Positions 1-15,307 of a stretch of 64,000 bases of DNA are shown here, piece after piece. Below the pieces are notes generated by a model that searched no databases, had not been told where the DNA came from, and saw only the letters and a list, made by a program, of their open reading frames with translations. A program made the position numbers and the translations under genes. How positions within the stretch are numbered: the first letter of the stretch is position 1; the number at the start of each line of letters is the position of its first letter. Source of the stretch: Camelus dromedarius (Eukaryota); contig NC_087444.1 in the NCBI RefSeq assembly GCF_036321535.1, positions 73,904,001 through 73,968,000 of the forward strand, given 5' to 3'.

Positions 1-680
1 CTGCAGATTCCGTATTTGTGAACCTGCTCACACGCTACAGTTTATTTGTAACCTCCCAGTCGGTGTTCACGACACTTTTTGAGTCATTCGCGGACATGTG
101 CAGAGCAGCACAAGATCAAATTGCCCACCGTAGACGCTCCAAATGAGGGTCCAACTGGGCCACACTCTGCTTTCTGGTTTGAGCTCACATGCTGTAAACA
201 CGTGTCCTTTTACAGATCTCTTTAGTGCCATATTTGTCACATTGTATGCTTTTTGTTTGTGGTGACTTCACCATTTAAAATGGCCCCCATGGGCAATAGC
301 TCAGTGGTAGAGCACGTACTTAGCATGCACAAGGTCCTGGGTTCAATCCTCGGTCCCTCCATTTAAAAATAAATAAATAAATAAAATAAAAATAAATAGA
401 TAAAATGGCTCCCAGCTGTCCAGTGTCTCTTAAGCACAAGTTCAAGTGCTGTTGGATATGAGTTCAGCATGAATAAGTCGTGAATAATATATATTAGACA
501 AGGGGACTATAAACAGAAACACATGAAACCAGGTTATGTGTGGGTTGGTTGACAAAAATGGTGACCAAAGGCTCACAAGAACCTAACCATGTATTTCCCT
601 CAAGAGCGGTAGTTCACTGTTCGCTAATTGAGTGTTCACCCCTGCATGATGGAATTACCATGAATAATGGGAATCTGCTG
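1..680. mobile_element. Tigger (TcMar) DNA transposon remnant, Tigger4-like, interrupted by a SINE
   Basis: Resembles the Tigger4/Zombi consensus as I recall it (GATTCCGTATTTG...TTTAAAATGGCCCCC...). Family name not confirmed by a search. Confidence 0.55.
289..400 (+). mobile_element. tRNA-Ala(AGC)-derived SINE (camelid Vic-1 type)
   Basis: A box TAGCTCAGTGGTAG, CTTAGCA anticodon loop, B box GGGTTCAATCC, (A3-5T)n tail, target-site duplication TAAAATGGC(C/T)CCC at 276-288 and 401-413. Confidence 0.9.
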
Positions 681-897
681 TTTCCTAGCACCTGTCATGG
701 GCCAGGCCCTGGGCTGGCCAGGGGCAGTGGGGGACAGGATGGGCACAGTCCCTCCCCTGTGGCGCTCAGAGGAGTGGGACCTTGATCCCTTAATCCCAGA
801 CATAGATATCTAGCTAAAGCGAGCCTGGCTCTAGAGGGGTATTGATGCAGTCAGGGGCTGGCTGCACAGCCAGGCGGTGACGCCAGCCAGGAGCTGA

Positions 898-2313
<1,416 letters not shown>

Positions 2314-2376
2314 GCTGATGTCACCCTCACCCCCACCTGGCCCGTTTTCTACCAGAGTTCTGACACTGTGACTTTA

Positions 2377-2382
2377 TATAAA
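2377..2382 (+). terminator. Probable RUVBL2 poly(A) signal (variant TATAAA)
   Basis: No AATAAA/ATTAAA on + before LHB. TATAAA lies 64 nt after the stop and is followed by a GT-rich downstream element. Confidence 0.5.
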
Positions 2383-2405
2383 ATGGTTCTGAAACTGGAC
2401 CCACC

Positions 2406-2421
2406 GTGTGTGTGTGTGTGT
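2406..2421 (+). repeat. (GT)8 microsatellite between the RUVBL2 and LHB 3' ends
   Basis: Read directly. Confidence 0.9.
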
Positions 2422-2476
2422 ACACAGGTGTACAAGCCCCCAAAAAAGACAACCCCAGAGTGCAGTTTGAAAAGCC

Positions 2477-2482
2477 TTTATT
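2477..2482 (-). terminator. LHB poly(A) signal AATAAA
   Basis: TTTATT on +, about 80 nt past the LHB stop. Confidence 0.9.
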
Positions 2483-2563
2483 GGGAGGGGAGGGAAGGGG
2501 AGAGGGGAGCATCTGCTGGCTCCAGGAGTTGGGGTGGGTGTGGGAGGTTGAGGTGGGGGAGCT

Positions 2564-3580
2564 TTAGAGGAAGAGGAGGCCTGGGAGCAGGGGTCGGTCA
2601 CAGGCCAAGGGTTGGGCTCTGGGACCCCCGCAATCAGAGCTGCTGAGGCGGCAGGGCCCGCAGTGACAGCTGAGGGCCACGGGGAAGGAAACCATTGGGT
2701 CCACGCCAGGAGGGCAGCCAGGGAGCCGGACGGAGGCAAAGCGCAGCTCACGGTAGGTGCACACCGGCTGGGGCACAGGTGGCAGGGCAGCCGGCAGCAC
2801 CCGTACCTGGAAGTGGTGGGGACATGGCTTGGGGGTCTGCCTGAGGCCAAGCCCTTCCCCAGGCTCCCCCACCACACCCTGCAGATCCCTAACTCAGGTG
2901 TCCAGGGAACCCTGTATGCTCTCCCTCCCATATGCCCAACTCTGACAATTCCCCAGCCCCTCGGGTAGGGAGTTTCAACAGGCCACCCTTCCGCCCCTGG
3001 TGCCACTTCCTGTCCTGCGGGCCTGGCCCTGAGTAATCCACTTGGAGCTGAGGTGGCAGCACCCTGGCCCACACCCACCCTGAGCAGCTCACCATGCTGG
3101 GGCAGTAACCCGCACAGATGCTGGTGGTGAAGGTGATGCAGACAGGGCAGGCCTCGTTCTCCGCAGCCAGGGTAGCATTGATGGGCCGGCACAGTGGCCG
3201 CAGTGGCCCCCTGGATGCCCACACCCCACCCACGCCCAGCAGCACCCACAGCAGCAGCCCCTGGGAGAAGGCCAGTGTCTCAGGGCCAGCCTGAGACCTC
3301 TGCCCAAGCCCCCATCCTTGCTGGGGACCCCTATCCTCTGCCTTACAGCTTCCATTCAGGGGTCTCCCATCCCCATACCCAGGGACCTCAGATAACTGCC
3401 CTCAGGCCCTGCTCCACCTGCTTCCCTTCTCCTGACAGTAAGCCTGCTGGCTGTCCACAGCCTTCTAGAAAGAGGCCTCCTTCACAAGGTCACAGGACTC
3501 TCCGTCTTCCTGTCAGCTGTGGCCTGGATGGGGTTGCAAGGTGCCCAGGGGCCCTACAGTCTTACCTGGAGCATCTCCAT
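2564..3580 (-). CDS. LHB: Luteinizing hormone beta subunit precursor, 141 aa
   Basis: Exons 3580-3566, 3260-3093, 2806-2564: MEMLQ|[31 protein letters not shown]...CAGYCPSM|[16 protein letters not shown]...[13 protein letters not shown]. All 12 cystine-knot Cys, the N13 NAT sequon and the CAGYC motif are present. Confidence 0.99.
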
Positions 3581-3612
3581 CTTTGGTGTTTCCTCTGTCG
3601 TGTTTACCTGGT

Positions 3613-3715
3613 CTTATACCTGCAGGCTGTGGGGGCGGCAAGGCCACTGAGGGTGGCAGCATGGTGGGGTAACCTGGACACTAATCTCCTCGGGGGCGAG
3701 AAGCAGACAAGGTCA
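3613..3715 (-). promoter_or_regulatory. LHB proximal gonadotrope promoter: TATA, EGR1 x2, SF-1/NR5A1 x2, PITX1
   Basis: TATAAG 3613-3618; CGCCCCCAC 3629-3637; TGGCCTTG 3639-3646; TAATCT 3682-3687; CGCCCCCG 3691-3698; TGACCTTG 3708-3715. Same order as the known mammalian LHB GnRH-response element. Confidence 0.9.
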
Positions 3716-4481
3716 GGGAGGTGAAGGAGTGGCTCAGTGGCCCACTCCACCCCCCTTCCCCACCCGCTCCCTGAATGGCTCCCACACCAAGAAGCCGAAG
3801 ACACCCATGGTGAGGCTAACTTTGCAGACTCAGTCCCCCGGTGCTAGCGCAGTCGTGTTGGGGTCATAAGAAATAGGGGATAGGAAGCCTTAAGTTGTGC
3901 CTTCTGCTGTGTTGGCCTGCCTCTATCAAGAGGGGAGCCTGGCAGAGGCTGGAGCAGGGCCCTTCTGACAACCCTCGAATGGTGAGGGACTGACGCCTCA
4001 ACCCTGCTCCATCTACCATAGACTTTCCAACCTCTTAGGAGGGACATGGCTTCAATACTGGATTCTGTAACCAGAGGTGGGGGATCCGCCGGCAACCAGA
4101 TGAGCCGCCCCTCCACAGGGTATTCAGCGTGAACCCCACTTCCCTCACACTCAGGGCCCCAGCAGCCAGAATGCCGGAACCGAACCCAGCAAAGAGAGTG
4201 GTTTAGGGTATTTAACTCTCATTAAGCTCTGTCCCGCAGAAGGCGTGTCCCATCCGCCAGCCCACAACCCTGAGTATACTTAACAGGCTCAGTCCCGCCC
4301 CCGCAATCGACTAGAGGGATGTGGGATTCGCCCCGCCCACGGCTCGGGGGTTGGTCCCCAAGATCTGCCCCGCCCCCAAGTGACGGGCGGGGTTCCAGGT
4401 CTTAGTCCCGCCCGGTTAGCTTCTAGTCGCTGACTTCCAGGCTCGGGGGGGCGTGTCCAGGGCGGGGCTGGTCTGTCTGTC

Positions 4482-7932
<3,451 letters not shown>

Positions 7933-8736
7933 CTAGAACACAGAGATGTAGAAACAAAGGCAAAAGAATGTGTGTGTGTTTGCACGCGTTGGCAACAGGT
8001 GTGAGGCTATGGTGTGGTAATAAACAAAGGGGTGTCCTGAGGGTGTGTGTTCTACCCCTGACTTCCCTTGTCACTTCCTCACTTTAAAGCCCTTTTGGTT
8101 AATGTCTCTGCCTCCTCAGCCCCCGTTAGCTCATCCCACTAACCCATTCTTCAGACAGGGAAAACAGGCTGCCTTCTGTAGCCTGGCCCAGATTCCCACT
8201 GATTCCTTCATTCAGGTTTCTGGGGCCACTTCTTCTGTTGGATTTTCCTGGCTCACTCCAGGCTGACCTATGTCCAAATGACCCCTGATCCCCGTGGTCA
8301 AAACTTTATGCCCTACTCAGGCTGGACAATGTTGAGATCTCTTTCTTTCAGAGTATAGGATAAAGGTTGGGAAGAGAATGGCTCGTAAACTTCCTGACTG
8401 CCTTTCAGTCAACTTTGCTTGTGCTCTTACTGTGATGCGTGGCTCACTACCTCAACACAGAACATTCTAAGCCAATACTTGCCCCATGTGACCAAGTAAG
8501 ATGTCTCATTCGAACCCTAGTTCCCAACTACTTGCTTACATGTTCCAGTTTTTATGCTTCTCTTCTTAACATAGCCCTTCCTTGTTATGCTCTCCAGGGT
8601 GGGCGAAGTGATACCCTCTGAAATCACATGGTCATCAACTCAGAAGGTGAGGGCTTTCAATGGTCAAATCCACCAGAGCTGATCTGACAAGTTGTGTATT
8701 AGAGCTGATAAACAGTACACACTCAAAATATTGGCT

Positions 8737-8765
8737 ATCATCATCATCATCATCATCATCATCAT
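8737..8765 (+). repeat. (ATC)9 microsatellite in the NTF4 3' region
   Basis: Read directly. Confidence 0.9.
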
Positions 8766-8987
8766 TACCTTCAAGTTCATCCAAAAGAACTCCTATTCAT
8801 CCTTCAAAACCCCATTTGTTCACCATTTGTCTTGCCCAGATTGAGCTCTCAAAAGTCAGAGAGCTGTTATTTTTGTGACCATCTGACAAGTTCCCAAACT
8901 GAGGCCACAACAGCTGGGCCACCTCTGAGGTCTTACAGCAACCAGCTCTCCTCTTCCTCTGCCTGCCCAGTTCCTGGGTAGGGGCCC

Positions 8988-9659
<672 letters not shown>

Positions 9660-9829
9660 TTAGACAGGAGGATATAACAGAAGGGAGGGACAGAAGGGAA
9701 CTCCAGGGGGACCTGTGTGCCAGAACCACAAGGAGACCCCTTTCTAGAACCTTGGGGGACACTATATTCTAGGACTTTGATAATGATCAAATTCTAGAGT
9801 AATCATAATTATTCTACTATTATTACTAA

Positions 9830-9945
9830 CTATAGCCAACAAATGGGGAAATACAGGCTCAGAGAGGTTAGTGACTTGCACCAGGTCACACAGCCAGCAA
9901 ATGCCAGAGGTGGGGCTTGAACCTAGTCTGAGCAACTCCACTCTG
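9830..9945 (-). mobile_element. MIR SINE in NTF4 intron
   Basis: GGGGAAATACAGGCTCAGAGAGGTTAGTGACTTGCACCAGGTCACACAGC MIR core. Confidence 0.75.
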
Positions 9946-11422
9946 ACATCCTGCCTCAACAATACCAATGAACCCTAAGTCCTGCAGCCTGGAGGAGGTT
10001 TGAGGTTCCAAAATTCTGAGAAAGGTCATATTCTGGAATCTTAGGGAGACCCAAGTTCAACTCAAAGCTGCTACTGAGAAGGCAAGACACTTGCTATCAG
10101 GTGGGGTGCCAGTTTCCCTGTCCATGAAATTGACCCAGGGCTGAGAGATGCTGGCAAGGGCATGGATATTGCAGATTCTCTAGAACATTCTGGAAGCCTG
10201 TGGGTTCTGGAAAAAGGTGGCCTGGAGAGGACTGAGAAGCGACGAGGTGGTTACCAGACCTGTCAGCACCTCCTCCACCTCCGAGCTCCAGGGCTGGGGG
10301 CCCCCAGGCTCCGGGGAGCCCCTGTGGGGGACGCAGGACGCCACCTCCTTCCTGACATCTCAGGAGAGGGAGGGGGCAACCACCTAGGGGAAGAAGGAAA
10401 CAGGCAGGTTAGAGGCAGGTGGGGGAGGAGGCCTGAACACTCCCCTTCTCCGTGTTCCTCTTAAAGTGTAGGGTACCAAGAGTCAAGGCTGCACCCCCTA
10501 CTCCCAGAGGCCCCTGCCCTGCTCAGGTGATGGTTCCTGGATGGAAAGCAGATGGGGGGCGGAGAGGGGAGGGGAGGGGAGGGGCTGAGGATGGAGGAGG
10601 CTGGAAAAGATTACATCCTCCTCAGCTCATTCATCTCTCAGACGGGGTGGGGGTGGGGCTGGCCTGGACACCCGGGTCCCCGAGGGCCCACACTCAAGAA
10701 GCCCTGGGTCCCCGAGGCTGCTTCCTGGAATGTTCTCTCCTCACAGGACAGGCCAGGGCCCGTCCAAGACTTCTACTGCACATACCTGGAGTAGCTGCCT
10801 GCCCTGGCTGGGAGATGGGGGAATGGGAAGGGAGAAATGTGAAGAGGGACACATGTTGACCCAACCAGAACCAGAAGTGGAGGTTCCCAGCTGCCTCTTC
10901 CCTCATATCAGGAGTCCTGGTCCCCAGTGGCCTCCCGCCTCAGATCAGGAGTCCTGGTCTCCAGCTGCCCCCTTCCTTTGGAGTCCAGGCTATCACCCCC
11001 TCCTCCCTTAGACCCAAGAGCCCTGGGCCCCAGCTGCCTCCTCCTTCAGGAGCCCAGGCCTCCAGCTTCCACCCTCAGATACAGGAGTCCAGGCCCCCAA
11101 ATCCCTTTTCTCAGACCCAGGAGTCCAGACCCCCAGTGCCCTCCTCCCTCGGACTCTGCAGTTCTGGAGTTCAGGTCCCTCCTCCCCAGGTACTGAGAAA
11201 TACGGACTCCTAGGACCCTCCGCCCCCAGAAGGTTTAGCCGGGGGTCTGGACTTCTGGGGTCCTGCTGGGGGTGACGGGCGGTCCATCTGGGACACTTTA
11301 CTCCTGCCTCAGTTTCCTCCGCGAAGCCCCGCCCCTGCCGGCCCCGCCCCCGTACCTCCCTACCCGGGGGCAGGGCGATCCAGACGCCGGAATCCCGGGG
11401 AAGGAGGCGTGGAGGCTCTTAC

Positions 11423-11684
11423 CTGGGGCGCCCTCCTCGGCTCCCCTGGCTGCCCCTGGCGCTGCGGCGGCGGCTCCTCCTCCTCCTGCTCGCCGGCTGC
11501 AGAGACGCCCGCTCGCCCGCCGGCTCCTCGCTGCACACGCTCTGGAGGGCCCGGGTCGGGGGCGGGGGCGGGGCGGCGCCCGACGGCGGAGGAGGGGCCG
11601 GGGGATCCCGCCTTCCACACGCGTGCCGAGACCTCGGCAGCCCGGCCTGGCTCCCTCAGCCCTCGGCCCGCCTCAGTCCCAGGA
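11423..11684 (-). other. NTF4: Probable NTF4 exon 1 in a CpG island; 5' end runs into an N gap (11685-11819)
   Basis: Consensus donor CAG|GTAAGA at 11423/11422 in a CpG-rich island upstream of the coding exon. Confidence 0.6.
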
Positions 11685-12576
11685 NNNNNNNNNNNNNNNN
11701 NNNNNNNNNNNNNNNNNNNNNNNNNNNNNNNNNNNNNNNNNNNNNNNNNNNNNNNNNNNNNNNNNNNNNNNNNNNNNNNNNNNNNNNNNNNNNNNNNNNN
11801 NNNNNNNNNNNNNNNNNNNGTACTTTTGCCAGTTAAGTGTCAATCCCCGGGCAGATTCCCACTCTCTGCTCTCATCCCCAGTTCTCCCAGGAGCTCCAGG
11901 CCAGACATTAACCAGCTGGGCTTGGGCAGAGATAAGGCCCGAGGCCCGAGGGGACGGTGGGGTGGATGTGGGGGGCTCTCCCACATTGTCGTCTCTGCTG
12001 GAATTTCCTGGGTGGGGACTGGGGAGAGGGTCTTGTCCTGAGTTCAGATAAGAGAAATTCAAGGTGTTACAGGACTCGGAGATTGTCGACAAAGATATGA
12101 TTTGGGAAGAGAATGACCTGCTTAGAGAAAGAAAAGGGATAGTGACAGATGAAGGGAGACTGGAAAAGGGACAAAAACAGAGAGGAAGAGGGGACAGACG
12201 CCAAGAGAAAGAGGGGGACAGAAACCCAGAGAGAGAAGACACAGACCCAGAGAAAGGGGGAAAGACACACTGAGGAAAGGGGACAGAATCCCACAAAGTG
12301 GACAGAGACCCAGAGAAAGAGACCTTAAGACAGAGGGAGATCAGACAGGAGTTGGAGTCCCAGGACAGACCTACCGTGGGGCCCTTCACCCTACCCCTGA
12401 GCTATTTTCAGGAGGAAAGCTGACACCCGCTTTGGGTGGGTGGGGGGGTCACCCCGTACCCCTCCCTCATCCTAAATATAGCATGGCAAGGGGGCAGGAA
12501 GGGTGTCCCCGGATTAGGGTGTTCCCCTCACCTCTTGCCATCCCAGCCAAGGCCACATAGAAGGCGGCCGCAGTTG

Positions 12577-12582
12577 TTTATT
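12577..12582 (-). terminator. Probable KCNA7 poly(A) signal AATAAA (3' UTR ~2.7 kb)
   Basis: TTTATT on +, with a GT-rich tract downstream on the minus strand. A weaker AATAAA-like site near 13325 was not excluded. Confidence 0.6.
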
Positions 12583-14399
12583 GGGGGTGGGGGAGGGGCA
12601 CTTCCCAGACTTTGAGTGTCCACTCAGGTCACTTCCCTGACCTCTCCATGCTTCCCGCATCCCTAAGCACCCAACGTGCCCCACCCCCCACCAGAGGATC
12701 TCTGTGGAATCTCCAGTCTCTAATGGGGTAGGAGGGGTGAGTTTTCACAGAAGAGTTAACTGGGAAACAGTCTCTGTCCCCACCCTCTCTCTCTGAGTCC
12801 CTATCCCCTCTTCTCTCCTGCTCTCCCAACTCCCCTTGGGCATCTCTGTCCTCTCGCTGGGTCTTGGGTCCTCTCTGCATGTGTCTCTTCCTCAGGTCCC
12901 TGTACTGGGCTCTGTGCCTGCTTCCCAGACTCTGCCTTGTGTCTGTCACCATGGAAGGGGAGACGGTCTGTCTCCGTTTCTGTCTCCAAATGTGCCTTCC
13001 TCTCCATTTCAGAGAGAAGTGTTATATTATTTAAAGGTTATATTATTTTCGACCTTTATCAAACTCTTCCCACAATCTGTCCCTTCTTCTCTCGCTCTGT
13101 GAAAAAGGTGGTTGGATTAAATCAGGGGGTTCCAGACTGAATTTCCTAGCTGCTTTCTGAGTTGCCAAGAGAGACTCCGTGAGGGGAACGTCCCCCTCAA
13201 ACAGTTCCCTTCTGATACGACACTCTTGCTTCTAAGTAAGCTTTCATTTGACCAAAAAAGAAAGGGGGAGGGGGTTAGAGCTAAAAATAACAATGACAAC
13301 TCTCTGTAAACCACTGAATGGATTTTAATAAATTTATACAAGTACTTTGAATAATACCTGCCACATAGGAAGTCCTATATGTGTTAGTGATTTAACCGTC
13401 CTCTTCGTCCTCCAAATGCCCTTTTAGTACTGAAAGATCTCTGAAAAGGTTTTGTGACCTTGGATAACACCCTGCCCTCTGAGCCTCGGTTGCCTCATTT
13501 GTGAGACGTGAAGCTGTTGGACTGGGGAGGTCCTGTGTGTACCGGCAGGCGGATGGGGACATGTGGGGTCACGCGGCTGGCCACAAGTCTTGGCCCCCGG
13601 GGACATGCCATGGGACCTCGGGAAGCCACTCCCATGCTCTGAGAATCTGGTTTCTCCCCAGGAAAAGAGAGCAGGCCCTGAAGCTCGTCTGGCTGACTTC
13701 TTATGCTGCAGGAGGAGGGGGTGGCTTGCCATGATTTGGGATTCCTTTGTGATCCTATGGAAGAGAGACAGCGTTTCTCTTGGGTTCAGTTCGGGGGCAC
13801 TGACTTTTTCTGCCTGTTTCTTTTCTGGTTCTCTTTCTCTGGGGTGCTCTGGTCTCTTTCCAACTCTGGGTCTCTGATCCTCTCTCTCTGGGTGTCTGAC
13901 ACCCGCCCCCCTGGGTCTCTATCTCCTTCCTCTGGGTCTCTGTCTCTTCTTTGGGTATCTCTTCTTTCTCTGGGTCTCTATCCCTCTCCAGCTGTCTGTC
14001 CCCCTCTCTTGAGTTTCTGTCCCCCCATCATGTTGGGGGGGACAGGGACAGAAACATTTTCTCCAAACACTTTCTACAAACACTTTCTCCCCATTTCCCC
14101 TGCCCTTGTGGCTCTGATCTCCATTCAAGAGTCTGTAAGCCAAACTCTGTGGAGAAGACAGGTGGAGAAGAGGTTTGAATGGCAAAACAAAGCAGGTGTG
14201 GGGTAAATGGAAGGAGCCGCTACATCTTCCTAGTTTATCCAGAGTCCCTCTGCATGAACACCTGAATCTACAGCCCCCAGCCCTGCCCCTTACAGTGAGT
14301 GACACTGGGCAAGCCAGTTCAGTTTGCCCACACACCACATTCGCTCCTTGATACATGATTCCTTCTCAGTGCTCTTATCCTTGGGTCCTAGTACTGCTA

Positions 14400-15200
14400 C
14401 TAAATGCAAACACAAACCAACATGGCCCTATGGAGCTCGTACATACAGTTCAACTTAACCCAACATTCCTGCAGGACTCAACGATACAACTTGTAACTCA
14501 ACTCAGTACGGCCCTATGAGACTCAAAACAGTTGTACCACCCAACTGAACTGGCCCCACAAGACTCACATGATTATACAACTCATTATGACTCAACTCAG
14601 CGTAGCCCTGAGAAACTTCCAGCCACATAACTCTACACAATTCAGCACAACAGAACCCTGAAAGACTCCCATGGTCATACATTCCAACCCAACTTAACCT
14701 AATGTGACCTAGAAAGCTCCCATTTTATCACTTGACTATTTGTATTTCTACATAACTCACAAGTTCACAGAACCTAAAATAACATGGCCCTAGAAGGATC
14801 ATAAAGCCACACGGTTTCCACCATGTCTCAACTCAACTCCACAACACTATGCAGTCCCAACAATGCCATGGGTGACCACCTTAGCATGGCCCTAGGGGAT
14901 TCATAAAACCACAGAGTCCTGCACAATGCAGTTGGACAAGACTCACCCAGACTCGCCACCTAACCCAACCCAACATGGAACTAAGAAACTCACAAAACTA
15001 TGTGACCAAACCTATCTCAACACTACCCCAAAGGCTCCACAAGTTTTGCACAGCCCAATGCAATACAAACCAATGGAATCTCCCCCTCAACTCAGCACAA
15101 GCCATTGCCATTCATTGTCACCTAAGGAGGTACCCACAGGAGCTACCAAACCACAACTCAAGACCCAACAAGATTTAGTGTTCCCAGCTCATTACCACCT
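14400..15200. repeat. Degenerate C/A-rich tandem repeat in the KCNA7 3' UTR
   Basis: CATGGCCCTA at 14421, 14783, 14885; CTCAACTCA at 14497, 14591, 14827, 15086. Confidence 0.6.
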
Positions 15201-15307
15201 AACTTAGTTCTTCCTAAACCCAACCCCCTCCCCCCATCTTCCCCTCTGCCCCTCCCTCCATCCCTCCCTCCAAGGAAACATGAGGTCCCGCAGACCTCAA
15301 CTGTCCC

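Noticed and set aside
289-361. Apparent tRNA-Ala(AGC) gene, plus four similar loci
   Set aside because: A-rich tail, target-site duplication, broken stems and no T-run terminator indicate SINE copies.
2374-3249. 291-aa minus-strand ORF over LHB
   Set aside because: It crosses an LHB intron out of frame in GC-rich DNA; only its end is informative, as the latent CTP.
3734-3808. Upstream ATG in strong context, in frame with the LHB ATG
   Set aside because: It stops at TGA 3736-3734 after 24 codons, so it cannot extend LHB; at most a uORF in read-through RNA.
11272-12389. Long ORFs spanning the NTF4 exon 1 gap
   Set aside because: Inflated by N runs and GC richness.
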